A stretch of 57,175 nucleotides of DNA, taken from an uncultured Erysipelotrichaceae bacterium. Its GTDB lineage: Bacteria > Bacillota_I > Bacilli_A > RF39 > UBA660. Of the stretch, positions 46,303 to 55,928 are shown one piece after another (the first letter of the stretch is position 1; every line of letters begins with the position of its first letter). The notes below the pieces were generated by a model that saw only the letters and a program-made list of their open reading frames with translations, made no database searches and had not been told where the DNA came from. A program made the translations under genes and the position numbers. The DNA is taken from the NCBI GenBank assembly GCA_902797265.1, contig CADBSF010000023.1, positions 1 through 57,175 of the forward strand. The letters run 5' to 3'.

Positions 46303-49200
46303 TTAAAATTTCTCACATTCACCGCTACTACGGTTTTTAATATTATTACATTTTAATGCTGCAGAACTTGGATAAATTGATCCGTTATTAGCTAAAATAC
46401 CACCTGTTGCAAATAAGGAACTTCGATAAATATTAACATGATCATTATCTATGATGTTACCATTATATTGACCAATAGAATTACCACTATTTCGAATTTG
46501 ACGAATTGTATTTCGATCAAGTTTGATTTTATAATCCAAGTATTTGTCAGAATAAATATTATAATTGTTCTCCTCTACCCATTTTCTATAAGCAACAGCA
46601 TTTGATATATAACTACTATCCTTCGTACTAGTAGAAAAACTACTCCAGTTAAATGGTACAGGGCTATGAATCTCGTCTGATTTACTAGTTCCTTCCTTAT
46701 CAGGGAACATATTATTTAAGTCTACAGAACGAACTTTATATGTTGGAATATCAGGAATTGTACATTTTTCTTCCTCTATTGAACAAGATGGTAATTTACT
46801 ATAAAGAGAATAGAAACAAGAGATATCTACATTCCAACCAAAATGTCCAAAGTTTCTACTAGTAGCTTTAATATTGTATTTAAGTTCACTTACATCCGTA
46901 GAAGAGAATTCTTCAACTTTATAATTATTACATTTATCACAACTAGAACTATTAACTTTATTGGTAGAATTAGCTGCATAGTTAGAATCATTACCATATA
47001 ACTTCGTATAGTAATATAACCACCATTTTTGATTTACATCCTGAGCATCTCTTGGAACATAGAATTTATGTTTTCTAAATCCCCATGCCTTTCCCGTACT
47101 ATTTGGATTACTATAAGCAAGTTCACCAGTTTTTCCATTTATCCAAGTACCAGGGAATCCCCATTCAGCATGGTACCAATTCGTATCATTATCTACGTTG
47201 TAGCAACCAGCACAACTAATAATAGAGGTATCTTTCCAATTATCAGCTGTAGTAGTACTTCCATTTGCTGGATTATCACATTTTTGTGGATTTTTAAATT
47301 TCAAAACATCAGAAGTTCTAGTATATGGGAAATTAACTGTAAATTCTTGATTAGATTTAGAAGCTAGATAATTAGTGCTAATATTAAAGTAAGCTTCTTC
47401 TGTTTTACAAGTATTAGAATTTCCACATAATCCAAGTGCTCTAACATACGTTTCGTAATTAGCTTTCATATCATTTGCGGTGTCAATAGGATTTATATAA
47501 ATTTTAGAGTCATCCATTGTTTCTCCAGTACATCCATCCCAATGACAGGCAACAGTACAGTCACACTCTGAAGCAATACCAGCCGCTTTTCCAGTATTCT
47601 TAACACATTTTAACTCAGAACGAACATTTCCTTTCATTACATAATATCTTCCAAGTCCAGGACAATACTGGTTTCCAAAATTCCAAACAACATAAACACC
47701 ACTGGCATCTGTATAACGACTATAAGATCCAACCCCATCTGTACTTGCAGGACACCATTTTGTAATTCTACATTTGGTTCCCGCTTTAGAAGTAACTTTA
47801 TTATCACAAGATTCTTTATTATTCTTAACTTTTTCTAAATAATCATCATAAAAACTATTGGCAAGTGATTTAGAAATTTCACTCTTTGTTCCATATACTT
47901 CATTATAACAAGATAAAGAACACTTTTGAGTATACTTTCCACCATCACAATTTTTGATACATTGATCAAATTCTTCATTAGGACCTGCAGTCTCAATCTC
48001 AGCACCCTTAGAATGAACACAAATTGGCGCAGGAGTACAAACTGTTTTATACCTTACTTCAATCTCAGGCTCTTTAATTGGACTAGTAGAATAACAATTA
48101 ACTCTACTGGTCATTTTAACTTTATACTCGAAGCCAAATCCAGCTTTAATTCCAACTGGAGGACCATATTCAACAGTAACAGTCTCAACACATGTTTTAT
48201 TGCATTGTAAGGTAACTGTCTCAGCAGCCGGCCCACCATTATTATGATAATGAAAAGTATAAACTAAAGGTACCCCATTATCATAAATTGGTCCCGTTGT
48301 AGATGATGTCCCTACCATATAACTTTTATTAACATAATAATCAGAAACATCATCTGGTTTTGAAAAATTATAAGGATCACATTTAAATGTCTTTAAATCC
48401 ATCGTTTGTCCTTCAGTTAAATTATACCTATTTTCTGCTGGAGTAGCATTATAAGCATTACAAAATTCATATTCAAAAGAACCAGGTGTATGAGATACTC
48501 CACAATTTATTTGACTAGATTGATTCTTTTTCTTAATTTCTTCTGCTTGTGCTTTTAGAGAATTAATTGCTCCTTTAATTCCTTCCGTTTCAGTATCCCA
48601 TGTAGTAGTCCAAAAATTTCCATCATCTACAAGAGGTTCAAAAGATTCTGCACCAAGAAATACACGTTCATTTGGATTACTTGCACTTCTTAATACAATA
48701 TTATAAGTCGCAATGTCATAACCTCTATTAAACATTATAAATACTTCATCATTTTCAATAGGATCATTATTACTCTTTTTCCTAACTCTATCAGCTGCTA
48801 ACATTTTAATCCAATGTTCTTTTGAAGCATCATTACTAGCCTGAATAATACATCTATCCTGATAATAATTATTATTTTGTGTCCTACAAAGCCAACGATT
48901 GACATCTATTCCTTCGAATTCATAAGCTAGTTTTGCTGAAGTATCCGTTGATTTAGAAACAACTACAACTAATCTTTCAACCACTACCCTTTTCTTAGTA
49001 GTAATTTTAATCCCCATATTTCTTGGAATTGGTTCAGCTTTCGCTTCTAAAGCAGGGACTATGGTATTTTTTAATTCCTCAACATACCCAGGATCAACCC
49101 GTCTCGTATAAGCATTTACAGAAAAAGGAATCATTAGAAAGAAAAGAAAAATTACTATAACCCCTATCTTTTTTAAATTAAATGTTTTCATCATTTTCAT
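46303..49200 (-). CDS. large secreted cysteine-rich protein, unknown family (module copy A)
   Basis: Signal peptide ...IGVIVIFLFFLMIPFSVNA (start may be the ATG at 49194). Shares blocks with 40056..42794: FKCDPY, VEYG.PV..KAG..FEYKVK.TSRVNC, CDGGKY..KCS..CY.EVYG, FPGTW.N.KTGE, KWWLYYY, YNIKAT.R.FG.F.W..DISCFY, YKVRSV.L.N.FP.K.G.SKS, PFNWSS. Confidence 0.65.
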   Translation of the reverse strand: MKMMKTFNLKKIGVIVIFLFFLMIPFSVNAYTRRVDPGYVEELKNTIVPALEAKAEPIPRNMGIKITTKKRVVVERLVVVVSKSTDTSAKLAYEFEGIDVNRWLCRTQNNNYYQDRCIIQASNDASKEHWIKMLAADRVRKKSNNDPIENDEVFIMFNRGYDIATYNIVLRSASNPNERVFLGAESFEPLVDDGNFWTTTWDTETEGIKGAINSLKAQAEEIKKKNQSSQINCGVSHTPGSFEYEFCNAYNATPAENRYNLTEGQTMDLKTFKCDPYNFSKPDDVSDYYVNKSYMVGTSSTTGPIYDNGVPLVYTFHYHNNGGPAAETVTLQCNKTCVETVTVEYGPPVGIKAGFGFEYKVKMTSRVNCYSTSPIKEPEIEVRYKTVCTPAPICVHSKGAEIETAGPNEEFDQCIKNCDGGKYTQKCSLSCYNEVYGTKSEISKSLANSFYDDYLEKVKNNKESCDNKVTSKAGTKCRITKWCPASTDGVGSYSRYTDASGVYVVWNFGNQYCPGLGRYYVMKGNVRSELKCVKNTGKAAGIASECDCTVACHWDGCTGETMDDSKIYINPIDTANDMKANYETYVRALGLCGNSNTCKTEEAYFNISTNYLASKSNQEFTVNFPYTRTSDVLKFKNPQKCDNPANGSTTTADNWKDTSIISCAGCYNVDNDTNWYHAEWGFPGTWINGKTGELAYSNPNSTGKAWGFRKHKFYVPRDAQDVNQKWWLYYYTKLYGNDSNYAANSTNKVNSSSCDKCNNYKVEEFSSTDVSELKYNIKATSRNFGHFGWNVDISCFYSLYSKLPSCSIEEEKCTIPDIPTYKVRSVDLNNMFPDKEGTSKSDEIHSPVPFNWSSFSTSTKDSSYISNAVAYRKWVEENNYNIYSDKYLDYKIKLDRNTIRQIRNSGNSIGQYNGNIIDNDHVNIYRSSLFATGGILANNGSIYPSSAALKCNNIKNRSSGECEKF

Positions 49201-49999
49201 TATCTCCTTTCAAAATAGATAATATTTTATCATAATTACTATTCATAGATACACTATAGCGACTATTTTTTTCCCCTTTTCTAAGTAACCTACCTGTAAC
49301 ATAGAAACTATAATTATCCTCTGCTCCAAAGAAACGTGTACAGGTAAATAAGGTTACATACTTATCCTTTTCATTATAGGAAGTTCTATAATCAAATATA
49401 GAATTCTTCTTCCAAAAGATTATATTCTTTTTTATCTCTTTTTTTGATAGATTACCTTTTCCAACAAAATCATGATATTGATCTTTTTCCATAAAACCAA
49501 CAGATATAATTTTATATAGGTAATCATGATCATTAAATGTTATTTGAATGTATTCATTCTCTTTAGCAAAATCATAATACACAAAACTCATCAACTCTTC
49601 AAATCGATAAAACAGGACAGATCTTAATAATGGTTCACTAGATAAATTAAATATATTATGTCCAGAAATATTAAACTGATTATAGAGTTTAGCTTTCTCA
49701 TGCAAAATCCACACATAATTTTCTTCTGTTGCTGGATAACCATAGTTAGTAATATCTTTTGAAAAAACAATGGGAATATCAAGACTAGTTCCTTGAACTC
49801 TAAGCCAACCAACAGTATCTAAGGAAAGAGTTGAATCAACTTTAACAGAATGAACCTTCTCCACTCTACTAAGAACTTCATAATAATCTTTCCTTTTACT
49901 AAAAAATGGGCTTACAGCAAACAAGAATATTAAAATACAAACTATAACAATATAGAAAAACTTCAAGTCAATTCTTTTTAATAACAACCTAAACCACAC
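49178..49999 (-). CDS. class B sortase-like cysteine transpeptidase (module copy A)
   Basis: TM helix, then TVGWLRVQGTSLDIPIVF, SGHNI, VTLFTCT and TGRLL. The start codon is uncertain (GTG at 49999 or TTG at 49987). Confidence 0.6.
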   Translation of the reverse strand: MWFRLLLKRIDLKFFYIVIVCILIFLFAVSPFFSKRKDYYEVLSRVEKVHSVKVDSTLSLDTVGWLRVQGTSLDIPIVFSKDITNYGYPATEENYVWILHEKAKLYNQFNISGHNIFNLSSEPLLRSVLFYRFEELMSFVYYDFAKENEYIQITFNDHDYLYKIISVGFMEKDQYHDFVGKGNLSKKEIKKNIIFWKKNSIFDYRTSYNEKDKYVTLFTCTRFFGAEDNYSFYVTGRLLRKGEKNSRYSVSMNSNYDKILSILKGDNENDENI

Positions 50000-50001
50000 C
50001 T

Positions 50002-51825
50002 TTATTTACTTAATTTATATGGTTTTTCCAGTGTCCCCTTTCCACTAGAAATAATCACATTATTTTTTAAATAACCAACTACTCTAATACCAGCATCAAT
50101 ATAAGTTGGAACTTCACCATTATATACTACACCAATATCAGTAATATATCCAGTAATTTTTTTAGTTTTTGAAGAATTTAGTAACCAATAAGACCCTCCA
50201 TTATATTTTCTTTGTGGTTGGGCACTAAACAATTCATACATTTCAGGAGCTGATAATAAAACTTTATATTTCTTTTTTTCAACCTCTTCACCATATATAA
50301 TTTTATTTTTATAAATTGGCACTTCAATTTCATGATTTACAAATAAAGAGGTATCAATATAATCAGCTGATTTATTATTAATAAAATGAGCAACACTATT
50401 TTTATCTTTAGGATTATATTCCATTTTTTCACTACCATCATTAACAGTAGTTGTAAATGGACTTCTAGGATTACCAATAGTTGTAACCGATACAACTTTT
50501 GTAGTACCATCACTTAATAAATCTACAATTCTATAAATAGTTCCTTTAATCACTACATACTCACCAATAAATCGATCATGAATTAAAGAAGAATTACTTG
50601 CTTTAGGAGTATCACCTAAATCATATGGATTTTCTACTGTTCCATCTCCACTACTAATTAACAAATCTCCCTTAATCGCAAACATTGGTCTTACTCCATA
50701 ATTATCTGTTTTAGAATAAGGAACATAAATTAATCCATCATACTCTCCCCAATTAACATCACGAACAGCATAAGCATTTTCATCATTTTGGGATGTCGCT
50801 GTCCAAGAAATAGTAGGAGTTTCCATAAAACAAACATCAATAGTTCCTTCTTCTTCATCAACATCTTCTGCCTTATTAATATCAACAACAGAAGGAATAG
50901 TAATTTTCTTCTTACTAGAATAACTACTACAATCTACTAATTCAAAGTAAGGATTTTCTAAAGATGACATATTACAATATTTTTTCTCTACAATATTCTT
51001 TTTAGTAAAATCATTTAACTTACTATAATAATATTCTAACCATTTATCTACTTTAGTATAATTTACATTAGCAATATCTTCATCAGACACTAAAATAATA
51101 TTTTTATCATTATCATATCCATATATTCTAAATAACATATTAGATAATTTAATAAAATTGTTTTGAGGATTTCCCTGATAATTAGTCTTATCTCCTAAAT
51201 CTTTCTTAATGGTATGATATAACTCATGTACAACAGTAACTTTCCTAGTAACTGTATTTTTATTACTCATTTTATCAAATGCTGTATAAGTAATTTGATA
51301 AGTACCTAATTTATTTACATCAACATTTCCTTTAATTACAACATCTTTTATATCTAATTTTCCATCAACACTATCTTTTACACTTTTAACACCAAGTTCT
51401 TTATATTCTTCACCAACATTAATAGTAATCTCATCATCACCATTTAATTTGATAGTAGGTCCAGTATGATCAATATTAGATTTTAAAAGACCACATTCTA
51501 AGTATACATAATACTTATAATCATTATCAACTCTTTTTACCTTTACCCAACTATTTTCTGTAGAACAAGTAGTATTTGTATAAGGTATCTTAATATCTTT
51601 ATCAATAAAAGATTTATGATATAACTCTTTTAAAGTAACAGTCTTTACTCTTTCTCCAGTAGGTAGTTCATTATGAAATACTTCAAAATATCTTTTAGCA
51701 GCTTTTTCTAATCTTTTTTCTCCATTAGAAAATTGAAGCATAGGACTAACTACAATAAAATAGACAATTCCCATTACGATTACAAGGAATATAATTAATT
51801 TTATCTTTTTACTCAATTTCTTCAT
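50002..51825 (-). CDS. N-anchored surface protein: Ig-like (DUF5011-type) domain + two 'GVRP / GxG(T/S)xExPY' modules (module copy A)
   Basis: GAGGAG RBS lies 8 nt before the ATG at 51825. Ig-like block GPTIKLNGDDEITINVGEEYKELGVKSVKDSVDGKLD...LGTYQITYTAFDKMSN...RKVTVV. Module motifs YGVRPMFAI...GDGTVENPYDL and GIRVVGYL...GKGTLEKPYKLSK. Confidence 0.6.
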   Translation of the reverse strand: MKKLSKKIKLIIFLVIVMGIVYFIVVSPMLQFSNGEKRLEKAAKRYFEVFHNELPTGERVKTVTLKELYHKSFIDKDIKIPYTNTTCSTENSWVKVKRVDNDYKYYVYLECGLLKSNIDHTGPTIKLNGDDEITINVGEEYKELGVKSVKDSVDGKLDIKDVVIKGNVDVNKLGTYQITYTAFDKMSNKNTVTRKVTVVHELYHTIKKDLGDKTNYQGNPQNNFIKLSNMLFRIYGYDNDKNIILVSDEDIANVNYTKVDKWLEYYYSKLNDFTKKNIVEKKYCNMSSLENPYFELVDCSSYSSKKKITIPSVVDINKAEDVDEEEGTIDVCFMETPTISWTATSQNDENAYAVRDVNWGEYDGLIYVPYSKTDNYGVRPMFAIKGDLLISSGDGTVENPYDLGDTPKASNSSLIHDRFIGEYVVIKGTIYRIVDLLSDGTTKVVSVTTIGNPRSPFTTTVNDGSEKMEYNPKDKNSVAHFINNKSADYIDTSLFVNHEIEVPIYKNKIIYGEEVEKKKYKVLLSAPEMYELFSAQPQRKYNGGSYWLLNSSKTKKITGYITDIGVVYNGEVPTYIDAGIRVVGYLKNNVIISSGKGTLEKPYKLSK

Positions 51826-53386
51826 CAGTTCCACTCCTCATTATTTGATAAACATATTTTTTCGTACGTAATATATATTCAATATTTATTTCTTGGGCAC
51901 TTTCCATCTCATCTGGTACAAGAGTATAAATATATTTTCCTAAAGCAGTTTTAACAAAAGGATATTTAAACTCTACTTCTTCTTCATTACCTTGACTATC
52001 TATATATTTAATTTTAGCATACTCTTTTGAAATATTAAACATCTTCTTACCTTCTAATTCATCAGAAGAGAAAGGTATTGTTAAAATTCGATAACCATCT
52101 GGAGCAACATAACTAATTTTTTCTACATAACAATTTGTTGTATTACAAGTACGATAACTATATAGAACACCAGTTGAAATATCATATTCTTCAAAAGCTA
52201 CATGTTCTTCCAAATCTTTTATCTGGAAAACCATTTCCTCTCCTTCTTTTATCGTTCCCATATCTTCTATCTTACTGATATCTTTCACTTTTAATTTGAA
52301 TTTTCTTAAATATCCATTATTCTCTTGAAAATAGAAATCAAAGCTATTCTTAGATAAAGAGGCACTTACTTTATAAATAATTATAAAGTTTAAAGTCTCA
52401 TCTCTTTTTATCTCTTTCACATCTTCTAAAGTGTTTCCTAAATCTTGAAAATCTTTTGCATAAGTGTTTCTTGTAGTCGTATAATCATGACTACCACTTT
52501 TTATATGAAACTTCTCCATCTTTAATGTTCTAGGTGCAGCATGATTGGTAATCGAAATATTTGCTATTACAAACTTACTTTTTGGTGTTACAACTTCTCC
52601 TGCATAATTCTTATCTGTCCAATAAACATCATTTACTTTCATTGTATATCCTTCAAAAGAATAATTTTGTCCTTGACGATATACCTTATTCGTTACAAAG
52701 AAAAATATAAAAGAACGATAAGCAATAATAACAATTAAAAGAATTGCAACTGCTCTGCAGATTAGAGTATGCTCCTCATAAAAATATTTAAAATTACGGA
52801 TTGATCTTTTCCAAAAACGACGAAGACTATTTTTATCAAAATCAACACTTACTTCAATTTCTTCTCGATCTTCTTCACTTAATTCAAGAAATTCCTTATC
52901 TGTATTAAAATTGAATTTCTTAATATCAAGTCCAAAGACACGCATTACAAATACCCCAATAGCAGGAAGTTGTAAAATAGAAAATATTAATAATAAATCC
53001 TTTGACATACGTAAATCTGTTGTTTCCATATCAAAAGATAATCCATATTTACGGAAGAAACCACGTATCATATTAAGTATAAATAATACAGCTAAATATT
53101 CTGCTAAAGGAATTAAATATACTTTCCAAGGCTTCTTTTTATATAGTAAAAGAATAATAATCGCAACTGTACCAACTAGAATTAAAAAGATAGAAATCAT
53201 TAATAACGAAGTAATATGATGACTAATTGGATCTTTATAAGAATAATTAGAAGTTCTCATAAAAGCATTTACAAATCTACTAATATCTATTAACATATAT
53301 CCAACATATAAACTAAGTACTAGTAGGAAGATATGTATTTTCTTAAAATTCTTAATCAAAAAAGCATATGGTTTTCTAATTATCAT
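51809..53386 (-). CDS. polytopic membrane protein with extracytoplasmic beta-rich C-terminal domain (first gene of the locus)
   Basis: AAGGAG RBS and ~5 TM helices. The C-terminal domain has a DUF4352-like block (KSKFVIANISITNHAAPRTLKMEKFHIKSG); this domain call is tentative. Confidence 0.5.
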   Translation of the reverse strand: MIIRKPYAFLIKNFKKIHIFLLVLSLYVGYMLIDISRFVNAFMRTSNYSYKDPISHHITSLLMISIFLILVGTVAIIILLLYKKKPWKVYLIPLAEYLAVLFILNMIRGFFRKYGLSFDMETTDLRMSKDLLLIFSILQLPAIGVFVMRVFGLDIKKFNFNTDKEFLELSEEDREEIEVSVDFDKNSLRRFWKRSIRNFKYFYEEHTLICRAVAILLIVIIAYRSFIFFFVTNKVYRQGQNYSFEGYTMKVNDVYWTDKNYAGEVVTPKSKFVIANISITNHAAPRTLKMEKFHIKSGSHDYTTTRNTYAKDFQDLGNTLEDVKEIKRDETLNFIIIYKVSASLSKNSFDFYFQENNGYLRKFKLKVKDISKIEDMGTIKEGEEMVFQIKDLEEHVAFEEYDISTGVLYSYRTCNTTNCYVEKISYVAPDGYRILTIPFSSDELEGKKMFNISKEYAKIKYIDSQGNEEEVEFKYPFVKTALGKYIYTLVPDEMESAQEINIEYILRTKKYVYQIMRSGTDEEIE

Positions 53387-53502
53387 TCTAACAACTCCTT
53401 ATCATTCTATTTCAGTATACATCATTTCAAAAAAAAAGAAAAGGTTCTTTTCTTTTTTTAAAAAAAATATTAATTTTCTAAATAAATAAGCAATTATTTT
53501 AC

Positions 53503-53531
53503 AAAAAAAAGTGAAATTTTACATTTCACTT
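53503..53531 (-). terminator. rho-independent terminator of greA (upstream boundary of the locus)
   Basis: Minus strand: AAGTGAAAT-GTAAA-ATTTCACTT hairpin starting 5 nt after the greA stop codon, followed by TTTTTTTT. A second weak hairpin, AGAAAAG-AAC-CTTTTCT plus a T-run, lies at 53429..53453. Confidence 0.8.
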
Positions 53532-53536
53532 TGACA

Positions 53537-54007
53537 CTACTTAATTTGTATAATTTCTACTTGATAACTTCCATTAGGACTTTCTACTGTCACAACATCT
53601 CCCACTTTATGATTAAATAAAGCTTGTGCAATTGGACTTTCATTAGAAATCTTGCTTTCGAATGGATCTGCTTCTTGACTACCTACTATTTTATACTCAT
53701 CTTCTTCGTCATCATCAACATATTTAATAGAAACGGTATTACCAATACTTACTGTATCTGTATTAACATCTTCAATAATAGAGACATTTTCAAGCATTTT
53801 TTCTAATTGTTTAATTCTTCCTTCTATTTGAGCTTGTTCATTTCTAGCAGCATCATATTCTGCATTTTCAGATAAATCTCCTAATGATCTAGCTTCTTTA
53901 ATTGCTTGTATATTTTCTGGACGTCTAACATTTATTAAATCATCTAACTCTTTTTTTAATTCATCTAAACCTTCTTGAGTTAAATAAACCGTGTTTTTAT
54001 TTCCCAT
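53537..54007 (-). CDS. greA: transcription elongation factor GreA
   Basis: MGNKNTVYLTQEGLDELKKELDDL..., coiled-coil N-domain (SENAEYDAARNEQAQIEGRI) and C-terminal FKBP-like domain. 156 aa from the ATG at 54007, with a GAGGTG RBS 6 nt upstream (track ORF is 26 codons longer). Confidence 0.9.
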   Translation of the reverse strand: MGNKNTVYLTQEGLDELKKELDDLINVRRPENIQAIKEARSLGDLSENAEYDAARNEQAQIEGRIKQLEKMLENVSIIEDVNTDTVSIGNTVSIKYVDDDEEDEYKIVGSQEADPFESKISNESPIAQALFNHKVGDVVTVESPNGSYQVEIIQIK

Positions 54008-54081
54008 TTTCATCACCTCATAATAATATGTATAGTCATTCGACTCAACTTGCAAAAGTATATCACATTTTTTCAATTTTT

Positions 54082-54741
54082 TCAAGTTCTATTTCTTACA
54101 TTCTTCTTTTTATATGTAAATTGAAAACACTCTTCTTTTTGTATATTATCTACAATTATTTCCAAATCTTCCTTTTTATATTGATCTATATTTATCATAG
54201 AAAAAGGATCTTGGTCCGTTTTAATCATATGTTTAATAGAAGGTCTTATTCCACTTAAAGAATTAGGATAATTTGAAATACTATCTAATTCTCTTCTATG
54301 ATGATTACGAAAATCTATTTTTTCCAATTCTTCACATTTCTTGGAATCTCTCACAGCTTTTACAATAGAAGGAAAAGTCCCAAGTAAAGTAATTGCCCCT
54401 GCTCCGCAAAACACAACAAGAGGAGGTTCTTTTTCAATAATATCTTTAATCTTAGGAAGATTACAAAGAAGACGTGCAGCAGTTACAACTCCAATTGCAT
54501 TAACTCCTGTTTTAACAATACTTTTAACTGATTTTTTTTCAAAATCTTTATAATGAAGAAGTGCATCCTTAGCTTGTTTTTCTAAAATATACTTTACCTT
54601 TCGATAATTCTCAGATGTTCCTTCTACTCCGCGAAAAACACTTCCATCTGCAAAATAAACATCAAAAGTATGATCAAGATTCGATTGAACATTTAAAATG
54701 TATTTACTTTTTTCATCTTTATCCAAAGAATAATCTTTCAT
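54082..54741 (-). CDS. hypothetical protein
   Basis: 219-aa ORF with two moderately hydrophobic central segments. No motif recognised. Confidence 0.45.
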   Translation of the reverse strand: MKDYSLDKDEKSKYILNVQSNLDHTFDVYFADGSVFRGVEGTSENYRKVKYILEKQAKDALLHYKDFEKKSVKSIVKTGVNAIGVVTAARLLCNLPKIKDIIEKEPPLVVFCGAGAITLLGTFPSIVKAVRDSKKCEELEKIDFRNHHRRELDSISNYPNSLSGIRPSIKHMIKTDQDPFSMINIDQYKKEDLEIIVDNIQKEECFQFTYKKKNVRNRT

Positions 54742-54779
54742 AGAGTCCCCTCCTTTTTCATAAAGTAGCGCCTATTATA

Positions 54780-55928
54780 TCACTTTTCATTGCTTTTTAC
54801 AAGCTTTTTAGCATGATTTATTTCTCTTAAAAACATCTCATCTGTCATTCCTGCTATAAAGTCTATGACCATTCTTTTTGAATTAGTACTAGAAAGATAT
54901 TGATCATTTTGATAATTTAAAAAGATTTGGTAAATTATACTATCTGTATTCTGATTTTCAATATCTTCTAGGTATCTTTGATAAATCCTTCTCATACCAT
55001 CTTCATATTTTTGATAAGATTCTTTACTAATACTATATTGATAAATATGTTCATAATTAAATTTCTTTAATAGAAATAAAGCATGATATACTTTATCACT
55101 CATTTTAATATAAGGTTTATCCATACTATTCTCAATAATATCTAAAATAATCGTATTCACAATATCTCTATTATTAGAACCTAATACCTCAATGATTTCT
55201 TGAGGAATTTCTTCTCTTTTTATTTTTCCAATCATAATAGCATCTTCAATATCTCTTCCAATATATCCAATGATATCACTAATTCTAACAACACATCCTT
55301 CTAATGTCATAGGATGATTTTTATTTGATTTTTTTATATCATGATAAGCTTCTTCATATTCTCTTAAGAATTCGTCTTTATCTTTTTCTACCGGTTCATA
55401 ACAAGAAGATAACATTTCTCCATTATGACACATAATTCCATCTAATACTTGAATACAAAGATTTAATCCTTTTCCATTTTTTTCAATAATCATTAAATCC
55501 CTTACACTTTCAATATTATGAGCAAAATATTCTCCTAATTCTTCTAAAGAGATTTTATTTAACATAGCTTCTCCTGTATGTCCTAAAGGAGTATGTCCAA
55601 TATCATGACCTAAAGCAATTGCTTCAATTAAATCTTCATTTAAAGAAAGAGCTCTTCCAATTGTTCTTGCTATTTTACTAACTAATTGGACATGAGTAAT
55701 TCTCTTACTAATATGATCATTATTACTTCTAGTAAAAACTTGTGTCTTATCTAAATATCTTGTATAACTTAATGAATGAATAATTCGATCAATATCATGA
55801 AAATAATTAGGTCTAATATCATCATTTTCTTCTTGTAAACGTACAGCATCTTTATCATAACAAGCATAAGTAGATAAATATTTTTCATTATTTAAAAAAT
55901 TATATTTTGCTTTCTCTAATGGATTCAT
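54780..55928 (-). CDS. HD-domain dNTP triphosphohydrolase-like protein (dGTPase family)
   Basis: HD motif block RITHVQLVSKIAR...ALGHDIGHTPLGHTGE. The ATG at 55928 is preferred; the track start at 55937 is a TTG. Confidence 0.8.
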   Translation of the reverse strand: MNPLEKAKYNFLNNEKYLSTYACYDKDAVRLQEENDDIRPNYFHDIDRIIHSLSYTRYLDKTQVFTRSNNDHISKRITHVQLVSKIARTIGRALSLNEDLIEAIALGHDIGHTPLGHTGEAMLNKISLEELGEYFAHNIESVRDLMIIEKNGKGLNLCIQVLDGIMCHNGEMLSSCYEPVEKDKDEFLREYEEAYHDIKKSNKNHPMTLEGCVVRISDIIGYIGRDIEDAIMIGKIKREEIPQEIIEVLGSNNRDIVNTIILDIIENSMDKPYIKMSDKVYHALFLLKKFNYEHIYQYSISKESYQKYEDGMRRIYQRYLEDIENQNTDSIIYQIFLNYQNDQYLSSTNSKRMVIDFIAGMTDEMFLREINHAKKLVKSNEK

